From NCBI GenBank assembly GCA_010909165.1, contig MU008193.1:186001-250000 (forward strand): DNA of 64,000 nucleotides. The letters run 5' to 3'. This DNA is from Anthoceros angustus. Its lineage: Eukaryota; Plantae; Anthocerotophyta. Shown here one piece after another: positions 44,335-57,069 of the stretch. The position numbers were made by a program, and so were the translations under genes. Under the pieces are notes generated by a model that saw nothing but the letters and a program-made list of their open reading frames with translations, ran no database searches and was not told where the DNA came from. Within the stretch, counting starts at the first letter, position 1. Each line of letters opens with the position of its first letter.

Positions 44335-47300
44335 GTTTGAATAATACTTATATATTATTTAGGTTACTGTGATTTGAATAGACATCTTAGATTCAGTTTT
44401 TATAACTACTTTCTTTGTTCTACTTTGACATTGTTCCTTCTTCAGTTTTAGAGGCTTTTGTTCAATTCTCCACCCTTCTGCACATGCCATGCACTTTGTC
44501 ATGGTATCAGAGCCCTGTTGATCTTTAACTAATATGCATATCTTACAAGGCAAATGCTAGCAGCATGGCTAGGCACGGTAGAAGGAATTCAGGGGATCTA
44601 ATAAATTCTTCCCCAGCCTTTATCTACCGTAGCCACGAGCTACTAGGGCCATACCATATGCTGTCAGACAAAGGATGTAATGCAAGACCCCACAGTGCAT
44701 CACATAGCAGACATTTCTCCAATCATTCTCTACAAGAGATAGAAACCCAATTAGAAGATCTAGAAAGCCAACAATTCCAAACATTCACTTTCTTACAGCA
44801 CTTCGAGAAGTGTCGTAGACTAACCTCCTCAAACATAGTGAAATTGATCACTAGGAAACAAGCTGAAATCTATAACCTACACAAGTCATTGTTTAGGTTA
44901 GAACAGAAAATTAACCACCTCACTAGAACTAACACAAGCAATTCCTATACCTTCCCATAGAAAGGAAAGACAAACACACCTCAGATGATTGCTTACCCAA
45001 TATACAATGTGTAGAGGATGCACTAGCCAAGTTTGCTGTAGCAAGTAGCATCTCTGGTCTTGATCACAATCTACCCATAGCGGGTGTCAGTTCTATTGTA
45101 TTCAAGTGTGATTCAGGGCAGGTTCTTCACCTTCATCAAGTCCTCCATGTCCCTTTAATGTGCAAGAATCTAGTATCAGCTGCGAGTCTTTGCCAAGAAC
45201 ACAATCTGCAGGTGATCCTTTATGCAGATAGTTGTCTTCTCTCTTACATAAGTGATAGAAACTATACGATCTGTACATGCACTTTAGATGATGGTCTAGA
45301 GACCATCATCTAAAGTGCCCGCGCCCTTGCCCGCGCCTAGCCCCAGCGCCCTGGCCCCAGCGCCCTAGCCCCGCGCCCCTGGCCCCTGGCCCCAGCCTAG
45401 CCCCGCGCTAGCCCCGCCCTAGCCCCGCGCTAACGGCGCCTGGCCCCAGCCCCTAGCCCCAGCGCCTAGCCCCGCGCCCCTGGCCCCGCGCCCTAGCCCC
45501 AGCGCCCCTGGCCGCGTGCCCCAGCCTAGCCCCGCGCCCGTGCCCGCGCCTAGCCCCAGCGCCCGTGCCCGCGCCTAGCCCCGCCCGTGCCCGCGCCCTA
45601 GCGCCCGTGCCCGCGCCCTAGCCCCAGCGCCTGCCCCGCGCCGTGCCCCAGCCCCGTGCCCCAGCCCCAGCGCCCGTGCCCGCCCTAGCCCCAGCGCCCG
45701 TGCCCCAGCGCTTGCGTGCCCCCCGTGCCCCAGCCCCGTGCCCCAGCGCCTAGCCCCAGCGCCCGTGCCCCGCCCGTGCCCCAGCGCCCTACCCCGCGCC
45801 CGTGCCCCGCTAGCCCCAGCGCCCGTGCCCCAGCGCTATGCCCGTGCCCGCGCCCGTGCCCGTGCCCCGCGCCCGTGCCCCAGCGCCCTAGCCCCAGCGC
45901 CTAGCCCCGCGCCGTGCCCCAGCGCTGGCCCCGCGCCCGTGCCCGCCCCTAGCCCCAGCGCCCGTGCCCGCCCCTAGCCCCGCGCCCGTGCCCCGCGCGC
46001 TGGCCCCAGCGCCGTGCCGCGCCTTCCGCGCCCCGCGCCTGCCCGCGCCCTAACCCGCGCCCGTACCCGCCCCGTACCCCGCGCTAACCCGCGCCCGTGC
46101 CCGCCCTGCCCGTGCCTGCCCCCTGCCCCGCGCCCTGCCCCGCGCCCTGCCCCGCGCCTGCCGCCTTGCCCCGCGCCCGCGCCCCGCGCCCCTACCAGCG
46201 CCCTTGCCGCCCGCCGCGCCCCTTACCCTTCGCGCCCGCGCCCTTGCCCGCGCCCTTGCCCGCGCCCCGCCACCGCGCCCTTGCCGCGCCCTTGCCCGCG
46301 CCGCGCCAGCATCCCACCCTTGCCCGCGCCACCCTGCCCGCGCCCTTGCCGCGCCGCCTGCCTGCCTTGCCCGCGCCCGCCCGCCCCGCTCCAGGCCGTT
46401 GACCTTTTTCGTTTGACGAAACTAATTAAACCTAACTCAGCCTGTTTTATTTTTTGCTGCAGTGAAGAGCCCGACTTTTAAGTGGTCATATCCACTTTGT
46501 TTTTTTCGTACAATTGGGACACCCAACCGTGCATACACCCCTCTATAGATTGTCAGTCCAAGTGGGAGCTACCCATTCTGCTAATGTTGCCACTCCAAAC
46601 TCAGCGACTCCTATCCAAACCATGCTTTGGCATTGTCGCCTTTATCATCCTAATAATCAGAAGTTGATCCAAATGTCTAAGAGAATGTTATATAGAACCC
46701 CTTGCCTTGCAAAGGTCGTACAACTCCCCTGGTGCGAATCTTGTATCCTCACTAAACGACACCAAGAGCCTTTCAAAAATAAATCTCCACAAAGGGCCAA
46801 GTCATCTTTAGAGATAGTACACACAGACATTTGTGGACCCTTGTCTACACCCTCCTTTTGTGGAAGTAGATAATGGAGTTTTGCCGAGTTGAAGGTATAG
46901 CTCAATAACTTACAGTTGTATATACTCCTCAATAAAATGGCGTAGTAGAGAACAAGAATCTACGCCTTCAAGAGATCACAGGTTGCTTATTGGCACAAGC
47001 TAAGTTACTTAAGGCTTATTGGGCAGAGATCCTCCTCACAGCAACCTATCTCATGTATCGATTGCCCACATCAGCTGTTCAAGATATGACTCCATATGAA
47101 GCATGCACTAGCAAGAAGCCTTCTACTGTATTACTTTATGTTCAAGCTGTATACAAGGCAACTATAGACCCAGAAGAACCCATTACCTTAAAAGAAGCTT
47201 TCTCTTCTCCTGAAAAAGACGTATGAAAGGCAACTGTAGATTCTGAATATAATTCCCTAGTTAATAGTTCTACATGGGAATTGGTCAAGCCGCCTAGGGG

Positions 47301-47490
47301 TAGGAAGATAGTAACCAGCAAATGGGTATCCAAAATTAAAAGAAAAGGAGCTGGTTCTATAGAAAGGTATAAAGCACGTCTAATAGCTGGAGGCTTTACA
47401 CAAATTCCTAGTCTAGATTACATACCTTGGGCTACTTATGCCCCAGTAGCCAAATTCGCCACACTTCAAATGATATTTGCCTTATATTTG
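44335..47490 (+). mobile_element. Internally deleted Ty1/Copia element B (left boundary approximate)
   Basis: LTR end ...TGTCA 44501, PBS TGGTATCAGAGC 44502-44513; VLHVPLMCKNLVS; WHCRLYH..CESC..EIVHTDICGP integrase; WELVKPP..KWV..ERYKARL RT start; gag missing and most of RT truncated. Confidence 0.8.
45315..46395. repeat. ~1.08-kb GC-rich degenerate simple-sequence block (GCCCGCGCCCTAGCCCCA / GCCCGTGCCC units)
   Basis: Part of an insertion (~45298-46540) that splits the Copia codons DDG|LYRL. Confidence 0.9.
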
Positions 47491-48970
47491 CCATGTGTAA
47501 GAAGGAGAGGGGATCTATCCTATTATCCCCTGTATTTTTCAATATTGGTTATTTTCTTATTTCAGTTATTTTCCTATTTCTGGGAATTTTTTATTTATAA
47601 ATTCCTTTAAATACTTTTAATTAGCATTAATCCAACTTAATTACTTTAAGTTGGGTTCGTCAACAGCATCATCAACTCCAATCGCTTTACTGTTCTTCCA
47701 GTTCTTCCTTGTCTCGCTGCTTCTGTTCACTTGAGTCCTGCAAATCATGATTTGCATAAGATATTTTGTTTGGCCGGAAGAAACACATATAATGAAAATG
47801 GATCCGAGTCGAAGAAAAGTCTTAATGACCAATATACCACAAGCTGGAGAGGATACATTACATTGGCGACCACCCAATGAAGCTCAATTGCTGGAGAGTA
47901 TAGAGACACCGTTAAGCTTCATTACGAACTTGGAAAACAATGCTCAGGTTAGAAGTACATTTCATCATATTATTTCTGATGTAAATGATCTGATGAGCCA
48001 AGTGAAGCTTAGTTAGGGACTAGTTTTGGCTAGACTAGTTTTCTTTGACCCTTTCTTGGTCAGAAAAATCATGCCTAGTTCATAGTGAGTGGGAGAGATA
48101 AAATAGCTTACTTTTAGGGCACTCTTCAGTAGGGCACCTAGGACTTAATAATTTATTTAATCCTTGGGGCACTAGGTAGTTCCTTTTAATAGTAATTTAT
48201 TTGGTTAGTTGTCACTGATGGTTGCAACAACCTTGCCTATATAAAGGCATGTACTTTCTATTATGAATCAATGTGACACATATTGATTGAGCTAGTGTAT
48301 GATGCTCATCAGGCACACCGTATAAATTCTGACTGTTCCCTTGTTACTGTCCCCAGATGAGCCAGAATGTTCAGCAAAAGGTTTATCCTTTACAGTAACC
48401 ACGAGTTTAGGCTGTCTCTATGGCTCTTCTGCCTTTTTCTTGCGGCACTCTCGTGCCCAATGACCAGGAGTTCCACACCATTTGCAGTTGCCAGTTCTCT
48501 TTGGGTGCCAGTATGGCTAGATTCACCTTTGTGTGTGTTAAATACCTTTAGTTAGATGTAGTGACATTGGTTCATACCTGCTATTAGTTTAAGTTTACTT
48601 TATTTAGGTTAAGCAGGCGGTTAGAACTGCCGTTCATAACTCATGCTTTATGTACCATACTTCTAGAGTTTTATTGTATTATTCTCTTCTGCCATTGCTT
48701 GCTTGTGATCTAGTCTCTCGTGAGCTCTAGATCGGTCACATGGTATCAGAGCCAATCTTATGCCACTTGCTGTTTGGATCCTCATCTGCACCATGCGCCT
48801 GGTCCTCCAGGATCAGCCGCGATGGTGCTGTACAAGAAAGTCGGCAATTAGGGCGACATCAGATCTTTGAGCCAAGAAGATGGCTAGGAAAACTTGCAAG
48901 GCATTTGGTTCACCAATTCACAAGCGCCTTGGATGGTCTGAAGAATTAAACCAGTAAGCCTACTGGTACA

Positions 48971-49390
48971 ATGCCTCGGAAGGGAGGCAATCGTCACCTT
49001 TGGATAGGTGCACCAAGACAAGACAACTTTTTTGAAGAATTTGAAGACCTTTACTTCAAGAAGTCCATTACACCAGAAGGGAGGAAACAGCGACTCCAGT
49101 TTTTTCAAACTTTTGTTGATTCATTCCCTGCACCACAATCATTTCCCACTCACTCATCATCTACAGTGAGAGAACCAATTTGCAGAGAGGAAAAACAAAA
49201 ATCACATATTGTCTTACCAGAGCCCCAGCACTCTCTTCGTCCACAAGTAGACTCCTTGGTTCTTTCAAGCCTACACAATAACAACACAATCCTAGAACTC
49301 AATAGTAAGTTAGATTGTGTAATTTTTAGGCTAGATAATCTAGAAAAGTTAAGAGAAGCAGAAATTTTCAAATGTATCTCAAGAGCTTGA
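48971..49390 (+). CDS. Uninterrupted 139-aa ORF between PBS and gag of Copia C, function unknown
   Basis: ATG to stop in the ORF track; ends 90 nt before gag; heptad-like C-terminus. Confidence 0.35.
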   Translation: MPRKGGNRHLWIGAPRQDNFFEEFEDLYFKKSITPEGRKQRLQFFQTFVDSFPAPQSFPTHSSSTVREPICREEKQKSHIVLPEPQHSLRPQVDSLVLSSLHNNNTILELNSKLDCVIFRLDNLEKLREAEIFKCISRA

Positions 49391-50612
49391 GGTCAAGAGA
49401 CATGCCAAAGAAATAAAGGAGATTAGGCAGTTGTTGATGCCCGATTTGGGCTCTGCACACTGTAAATCAGTTTTGACAAAATGGCTAGTCAAGGCGGAGA
49501 TGCATCATCTGACCGCCTACCTGAAAGGGACAGGTTAACCCCTTCAAATTATGATACTTGAGTTTTCGCATAAGATGCATAATGGAAGACAAGCTCCTCA
49601 TGGATATTGTTGACGGCTCCATACCCAAACGGGTTGCTGGCCAGCCGTCTAGAGCGATGTCACCTGGAGGACAGAACCCGGTTAATTGGACAGTCGCGCA
49701 AGTAGCAGAATGGACAACAAACGACCGGAAGGCTCGTTCCATTTTAGTTGCATTAGTATCACAGGAGATGATACCACATATAAAGCTTGCCAGTACTGCA
49801 CATGAAGTCTGGTCGCTTCTGGCTGAAACATATGAGTCTAAGGACATCATGATCGAGGTTGCTGCCACTCAGAATTTTCAGAACTTAAGGATGAAGGATT
49901 CTGACTCCGTTGAGAGTCATGTGGCTAAGTTCAGGGCTGCTAGAGCCAAACTTGCCTCCTGTGGTGTAATTCTGTCCGAGAGTAGGGCAGCAGTACAAAC
50001 TCCTTGCATCCTTACCTCCAAGCTATGAAGCGTGGAGCTCCAGTCAACAAGCAGCAGCAGTGGTAGTTCCAGCCACCACATCCCAACCTGCACAGACGAA
50101 CTTAACTGTTCACAAATTGGTTGGTGCACTACTTCAGGCAGAGGCAAACAGAAAGCACATGAAGTCAGGTCAGTCCAGCAAGCATGGAGACTCAAATCTT
50201 TTTGGTGGACGAGGACGTGGCAGAGGCCGCGGTAGAGGAGGCCGTGGCAGGGGAGGTTCTGGTCGAGGCAGAGGATATACGTCCTCACCTTCATTTTCAT
50301 CTGACTACAATAGTTCAGCAGCTCAGCCAAAAAGCCTGGTGTGTGTAATTACTGTGGCAAACCAGGCCACTGGGTTAAAGATTGCAAAAAGAAGAAGTCG
50401 GATGACTCTGCTAAAGGAAAGCAATCTTCAGAGACACATATTACCAGGGCCTCGTCGCCGGGGCTGCTTGTTACGTGCCTTGCCTCATCCTCAAGAGACA
50501 CCTTTCATTGGTTCTTGGATAGTGGTGCTTCCAACCACATGTGTTCCATGAGAAGAGCTTTTGTCACATACACCCCAACCCCCTCTTGTCATGATCATGC
50601 AGTGGTTCTAGG

Positions 50613-53600
50613 TGCGTCCAGTGCTCTCGCTCCCCCGTTCACCCTGGCCTTTAGCTCCGCCATCTCCCTCTCCAGACGGTTGGGCAACTCTGCCCGATTG
50701 CGTGCTTCGTCCAGGTCCTTCTCCATTTCGGCGACGTCCTGCTCCTTGTTCCATCGCCTTACCTCCTCCGTCCGCCAACAGAGCTGGAGCCGCTCTATCT
50801 CTCGTTCGTGATCCGTGATCACGCCCTGCAGATTACCATTCCGCTCAATGGTAACTTGGAGCTGCAGCTCCAGGGTCTCTTTGCGGTCTTCCATCTCCTG
50901 CCGCTGTTGCTCCACCTCGCGCAACTGAGTCCGGAGATCCTCCATCTCCTTGTCGCGGGCTTCCTTCTCCTCGGCATGGCTGGCCCGCACCTGCTCCGCC
51001 GCCTCCTGCTCCGTCTTCAGGTTAGCTATCCCTGTGTCTCCCTCCACCGGTTCGATCACGCCGATAGTGATCGCGGTCGATCTTAGCGGACTTCGCCTCC
51101 GCCGCCTTCACACAGGCCCGACTTGGTCTTTGGTCGGCCGCCTCGGCCAGTCGCGAGCCTTCTCTTGCGCGGGCCTCCTCCACCGGTTCGATCACGCCGA
51201 TAGTGATCAGGCCAGTGCTTCCGCCTCCGCCGCCTCCTCGCCTCTGGGCCACCAGGCCGGGTCCGGCCATGGCCTGAGCCAGGTCGCGGGCCTTCTTCGC
51301 TGTCGAGCCTCCTGCGCCTCCTGCTGCGCTACCCCTCTCCGCTGCGGAGGTCTTGACCGGCTTGGGCCTCCTCGCCTCTGGGCGCCTCCAATTGCTCACC
51401 CGGTGAAGGAATTTAGTCGGTCTGTCGAATGGACGGACTTCCCTTCGGCCTCCGGCGTTTCCCTTCTTGATGCGGCCGAGCTTCGCCTTCCTCCTCGCCT
51501 CCTGGGCCGCCTCCAATTGCTCCTGGAGGAGCACCATGCGCCTCCTGGTGGCTTCTACTTCCTGGGTCTTCTCGGCTGTCCCGCAGAGACCCCAGAGCAT
51601 ACCGTCCATGACGGTAGCCAGGACCCGCCGTGTCTCTTCCACGGCCGCCACTGGTGAGGCCCCCAAAAAGTCCGTAGTGGGAGCGGGCATCTCACGGTCC
51701 GCCAAGGACCTCCATACCGCAGTCCGGAGCAAGTCCGGACTGGGTTCTCCGGACCTAATCAGGTCCCTTAGGTCCTGATTGCCGAGGTCCGGAGCTTCAC
51801 CCTCCTTGGCCCTCTTGGCCGCCAATTCCTTATTCGCCCTCTTAGTCACAGGGCTCGGAGGGTGAGGGGTTCGAGGCGGCCTTGCCTCTCCCGGTCGGCA
51901 GGACTGCCCAGGTGGGTTGCTGCATGCCCTCCTACTCCTTGAGCGCCGCCCTTCTCGCCTTCTCACCGCCTCTTGACCTCTTGCCACTCCGTGGCGGGGC
52001 AAACTGAGCACCGAGGAGTGCTGCGTTGGCGGGTACCGTCTTCCGCCTCTTGATTGCCCGGCGAGTTCGTCGGGGCTCCTCCGCCGTTGTGGCCGGGTGG
52101 CCGGGCATTGGAGTCGGGGCTGCCTCTGACTGCTGCTCCGGCTGGGGCAAGAGGAGGAAGCGGGGATATCTTCCACACTTCCCTAGGTGGTGAGGGGTCC
52201 GTTCAGACGTATGGTCAGGTATCCCTTCGATCGTCCTCCTCCGGACCCGTTTGGCCCTAGGGGTCGGGCCTCTACCTCAGGCGCCTTTGCCCGCTCTTGC
52301 CCAGTAGGGCCGCCCTTTCGGGCGCCGCTCTACCTCCCCATCCTTGAGGTCGTAATGTCCCCATACATGGATCGGGTATGGGGATAGTCCAGACGGTGGC
52401 TTCTCGCTCCTCGGCTTGGGCCTCTGGTGAACTGGCGAAGATGATCCTTCCCGGTCCGCCTCTTGCCCTACCGCAACGTATGTAGAACACCAACAAATTA
52501 TCACCAAGGTGATCCACCTTGGTGAGCAAGTTCGATGGACAATGATCCGGCCACGCCTCACCCTCGCAGGTCCGACATCAACCACCGCTTGGTTGTCCAT
52601 TGCGTCCGGCTCAAGACGCCGCCCTTGCCGCCTCTATCTTTCCCTCGCCTTGAGGGGCTCGGGACTCGCCCCCAACCTCCTCGTTGGGCGGTTGTAAGCC
52701 GCCCTCGGGACCTCAAGGTCCATCTCTGATCCTCCGGAGGTTCTTGGACCGAACCTCCTTGTTGGCTGGCCGCCAACATCTTCCCGGCGAACTCCCGGAC
52801 TGCAGTGACACTGCCAGCGTCTGCATGACTGGAACACGTCTAAGTGCCACTCTTGACTAATCCTCCCGCCTCCAGCATGGCCCAAAGTCCGGATAGCGCC
52901 GGGTTACAATGTTGCGCTCTACCGGGTTCCATGGCTCCCATACCTCCATGACCTTCTTGGGTCCCATCGCCTTCTTCTCTTTTCTTGGCGATTGCGAGAT
53001 CGGCACGATGCGCCTCTATCTTTCCCTCGCCTTGAGGGCTCGGACTCGCCCCCAACCTCCTCGTTGGGCGGTTGTAAGCCGCCCTCGGGACCTCAAGGTC
53101 CATCTCACAGGATCCTCCGGAGGTTCTTGGACGAACCTCCTTGTTGGCCAGCATCTTGGCGAACTCCCGGACCCGGTGACCTTGTCAAGCGTCGAACGGC
53201 TGGAACACGTCTAAGTGCCACTCTTGACTAATCCTCCGCCTCCTCCGGCCATGGCCCAAAGTCCGGATAGCGCCGGGTTACAATGTTGCGCTCTACCGGG
53301 TTCCATGGCTCCCATACCTCCATGACCTTCTTGGGTCCCATCGCCTTCTTCTCCTTTCTTGGCGATTGCGAGATCGGCACGATCGCCCTCTTGGCTGCGT
53401 TGCTCCAACCCCAACGGTGAGCGGCAGATGCTGGCGTTGAAGAGATAGCGCCAGAGGCGGGTTGCGGAGCGCAAGAGGCTGCGAATTGTCTCGAGGTCGC
53501 ATGAGAAATGACCCTCCTCGCCGCGCCATAAAATCACTGGGCGGGAGGTGCCTCTTGGCGAATCGCGCAGGTCCGCATGGCTTACTCGACCTTATGCGCG

Positions 53601-53976
53601 CGTGCACTTCGGCCTTCTGTTGCCGCGTCCGGGCGTGAATACCACCCAAGGCCTGGCGGCTACGGCCTTGGCTTGCATGCCGACCTCCACTCGGGGCCGT
53701 CCGTGGCGCGCTCGATCTGTCTCACGACTCAACTTCTAAATTACTTTCCTGGCGTACTTATCCTGTTTGACGGGTGGGGTCCGGACTTATACCCCAAGGC
53801 ATCCGTAGCTCGTCGTAGTGGTACCGGTCCGTTACCCACTCCGGTCCGGAGTATACTCGAGCACCCCGAGAACCGGCGCTTATTCCTCCTTTTCCGCCTT
53901 ATTTTATTCTTCGGACCTACGAAAAAAACAAAACCCCACTTATTCCCTAACCCCCAAGGGAAGTCCGTAGCCCACA
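50613..53976 (-). mobile_element. Second, truncated and diverged copy of the 4.5-kb solo-LTR-like unit
   Basis: Reverse complement starts TGTGGGCTACGGACTTCCCTTGGGGGTTAGGGAATAAG, like 17775; shares the ORF (AVEETRRVLATVMDGMLWGLCG; IEPVEGD; coiled coil); contains a ~380-bp tandem duplication at ~52630-53390. Confidence 0.85.
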
Positions 53977-55789
53977 GTGGGCGATAGTCAAAAGTGCAAA
54001 GTCAGAACCCTCACCGTAGAATGAGATGAAATTACCCCCATGTCCGTTCCATCTGAACCACCTTTCCCTCACCATGTGTATCTCAGTGGAGGAGCAAATG
54101 TAGTTCTCAGGTGTGAGAGGATCGTCAGCTCCATTCCCGTCAGAAACCAGACGTTTCCTCTTCCTAAAGTCTCCCGTGGGCAGCACAATCCTTTTAGGAA
54201 CAAAGTCCACTGGCATGACAGCTTTGTCCTCTTTCGTCTCACCAGCACTTACCACTGATTTAAGTTTGCCATATATGTCACATGGAGAGGAGAGTTGCCT
54301 TCTAGCCAGCCTCAGTTGCTGTCTAAGAAGGCTCAGCTCGTGAGTCTGTCCGGCCTTCTCCTCTTCTAGGTGTCTGGTCACCTTCCTCCATCGCTGAGTC
54401 GCTTGGTAGAACTCGTCATTCTCTTTTGCGCACCACACTTGAATAGTGTCCGGGTGAATAGGGCAACATGGAGGCGTGACGGACTTGCAATTGCAGAGGA
54501 CGAGGGCGCCAGGATCTATTGATGTAGTGGGAGACTCCTTCTTCCATGGAGACTGGTTCTATCAAAAGCTGGAGCAACGTCGCTCCAACGATCTCGGCCT
54601 CTCGGCCGGGAGCGACGTTGAGTCTCGGTTTATGTGGCCTGCGATGGGAGTAATTGCTAGACTTTATGAGAACTTAGGTGTAGTTCGTATGACCAATGAG
54701 TGGGAGTGTTAAATACCTTTAGTTAGGTATAGTGACATTGGTTCATACCTGCTATTAGTTTAAGTTTACTTTATTTAGGTTAAGCAGGCGGTTATAACTA
54801 TCGTTCATAACTCATGCTTTATGTACCATACTTCTAGGGTTTCATTGTATTATTCTCTTCTGCCATTGCTTGCTTGTGATCTAGTCTCTCGTGAGCTCTA
54901 GATCCGTCACAGTGTGCAATAACTGTCTTCCCTTTGTGCTTGTTAGGCCAAAATTTGGCTGCCATAACTTTATCTCCTCTGGTTCTGTAACCACCAGAGC
55001 TAAACAACCTGCTCTGTTCCTCCAGGTACAATGAGCCTATCACCTCTTCAAGGGTGATGGAGCTAGTACTAACAAAGGCAACAATAGCCTGGGCTTGCCT
55101 AATTGGACCATTATGAGCGCTCACAAATTTCTTGAAGGAAGCAGGCAGACTGGTCAACAGTTGGGCCACTCCGTCGACTTCGTCCATCTTGGACCCCAAT
55201 GAGGTAAGTTGAGCCCTCAGGTGACGAAATTTGCTAGTGTAAGCTGCTACCTTGCCCCCCTCCTTCATTTTTTAGTCCAAAGAACTCTTGCCTAACAGCG
55301 CAGAGATGATGTTGTTCACTTGGTACGTTTTTGAAAGTTGATTCCAAATCTCGATGCCTTTTGTAAGGAATTCAATATCTAGAACAAGGACTTCATCCAA
55401 GCCACTGATCAGCACAGCCACAGCAACCTAGTTCAAGGATTCCCATTTGTCCTTGTCCACCTGCTTAGCTGTCGCGGGGTCGGGCTCCGGCCATGATCCA
55501 TCAACGACGCTCCATACACCACGAGCTAGGAAACTCTCCAAACTGGGTATTTTGTGCCATTAAACCTGTCCTTTTCTTTGAGGTCTGATGTGTAGGTAGG
55601 TCTTGAAGACATGACTACCCTCTCGAATAACGTGGCAGGCTATTTGTCCTCCTCTACAAAGCGTTACTTGCCTCCTCCATAAAGGATTCGATGTCGTCTT
55701 CAAGGTCAGTCATGTGGTGTTACATACCTGTCCCCCAAAGCCCATACGCTAGCAAATCGCTGTCTTCACTCAAGACAGCTGCCACGCCT

Positions 55790-56240
55790 CCATGGTAATT
55801 GACATATTCTATATGTGTACCGCCGTTACTCAACGCGGTCCCATCCGCGCTGCGAGCCAGGCAGCCACTGTTGGGCAGCCTCCGACTCTGAAGCTTGAGG
55901 AAGTGATAGGGGCCCTGTTTCAAGAAGAGCACAGTCGCCATGCATCTGGACATAAACTCAAAGCCGACAGCAGAGTCTTTAGTGCTATGCGAGGTCGACC
56001 ATCCTACAGAGGCAAGTCAAGACCACAATCTGGACAACCTGGACAGCGAAATGGTGCAGGTTTCTCCACACAAAAACGACAAGGTAATTGCAATTGGTGC
56101 GGATTACCTGGGCATTGGTCTCGCGAGTGTCGTAAGAAGAAGGCAGGAGAGCCTCAACGGGTTACTCCTAGGCCTGCTGCACAATCCATGTCACATAACA
56201 TAGGAGATAAGTCATCTACAGAATCAGCATCCACATAAGC
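55790..56240 (+). pseudogene. Copia gag C-terminal fragment
   Basis: LKLEEVIGALFQEE and GNCNWCGLPGHWSRECRKKK zinc knuckle. Confidence 0.8.
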
Positions 56241-56439
56241 CAATAGTAAAAAGCCAATGGCAGGCTCCTTTCCTCCTTGGTGCAGAAGATGAGGAAGATG
56301 GTCTTGTGTTGTAAGAAGGACGGCCTTGTCCACGTCCCCGTCCTCTCCCTCTGCCACGAACCACAAAGAGTGCTCGACCTTGGGCTGCAGCACTTGATGT
56401 GCCAGCCAGGTTGCATGTGGCTTCTTCCTCTATGAGAGC

Positions 56440-57042
56440 CCCAATTACTTCTGATGTGGTGAAATCCGAACCTTGCCCCTTCTTGGCTGCAAGTTGTGCT
56501 TGTTTTATGACTCCATTCTATGTCGTCTTGAAGGTACGATAACTGTCGGGAAGAGAACTCAGCAAAGCTATGGCTGCTTGAGCCTCAGTCAACGTCATCC
56601 CACAAGATGACAGTTGAGCTTGTGCTGGCCTGAACTTCTTAATGTGTTCGGAGATGGCTTCATTTTCACCCATCTGCATTTGGCAAAATGCCTTTGTTGC
56701 ATTTAATACGCTCATTGCATCTATTGCATCGTAGAGCTGGTTGAGGTTGGTCCATGTTGTGGCTGCATCTGCAGCTCCTGTCACATGATGCGCAGTAGTC
56801 CTATCTAATCCAGATAAGATTACATTTCGTGCTTTCCTATCAGTCTTCTCCCCAACTGCGTCCGCGATCTTTGGATTTGTCCACTCATAGGTTTGGGATA
56901 GCGCCATCGATCGCCTGAGGTCGTTGTCTTCAAGGATGGATTGCATTCGCATGGACCAAATGTCGTAATCAGACCCTGAAAATCTGTCTCTTTCTTTGAA
57001 GTCAATCTTAAATGTGTTATTGATGGTAGTGGATCCAGCCAT
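56440..57042 (-). pseudogene. Copia gag N-terminal fragment
   Basis: RFSGSDYDIWSMRMQSILED..DRKARNVILSGL..MQMGENEAISEHIKKF..IALLSSLPDSY. Confidence 0.85.
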
Positions 57043-57069
57043 ATTGTAAGGTGGTGTGGTTTTTCTTAT

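Larger units (their letters stand above)
48536..54911 (+). mobile_element. Ty1/Copia element C with INT-RT-RH deleted
   Basis: 205-bp LTRs 48536-48740 and 54707-54911 (about 8 substitutions by manual count); TSD GTGTG; PBS 48741-48752; PPT 54695-54706; gag from ATG 49481 with CNYCGKPGHWVKDC and protease WFLDSGASNHM. Confidence 0.95.
48300..55640 (-). pseudogene. Copia gag fragment split by Copia C
   Basis: MKEGGKVAAYTSKFRHLRAQL..QLLTSLP..LEEVIGSLYLEE at 54917-55270 continues as GNCKWCGTPGHWARECRKKK at ~48390-48470 on the other side of the insertion. Confidence 0.8.

Noticed and set aside
45716-46481. Pro/Ala/Arg-rich ORFs resembling extensin or AGP
   Set aside because: Product of the simple-sequence block; no signal peptide or gene structure.
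47495-48310. Candidate solo LTR (TGTAAG start, TATATAAA at ~48239, 89-aa ORF)
   Set aside because: No matching TSD or clear CA end; left unassigned.
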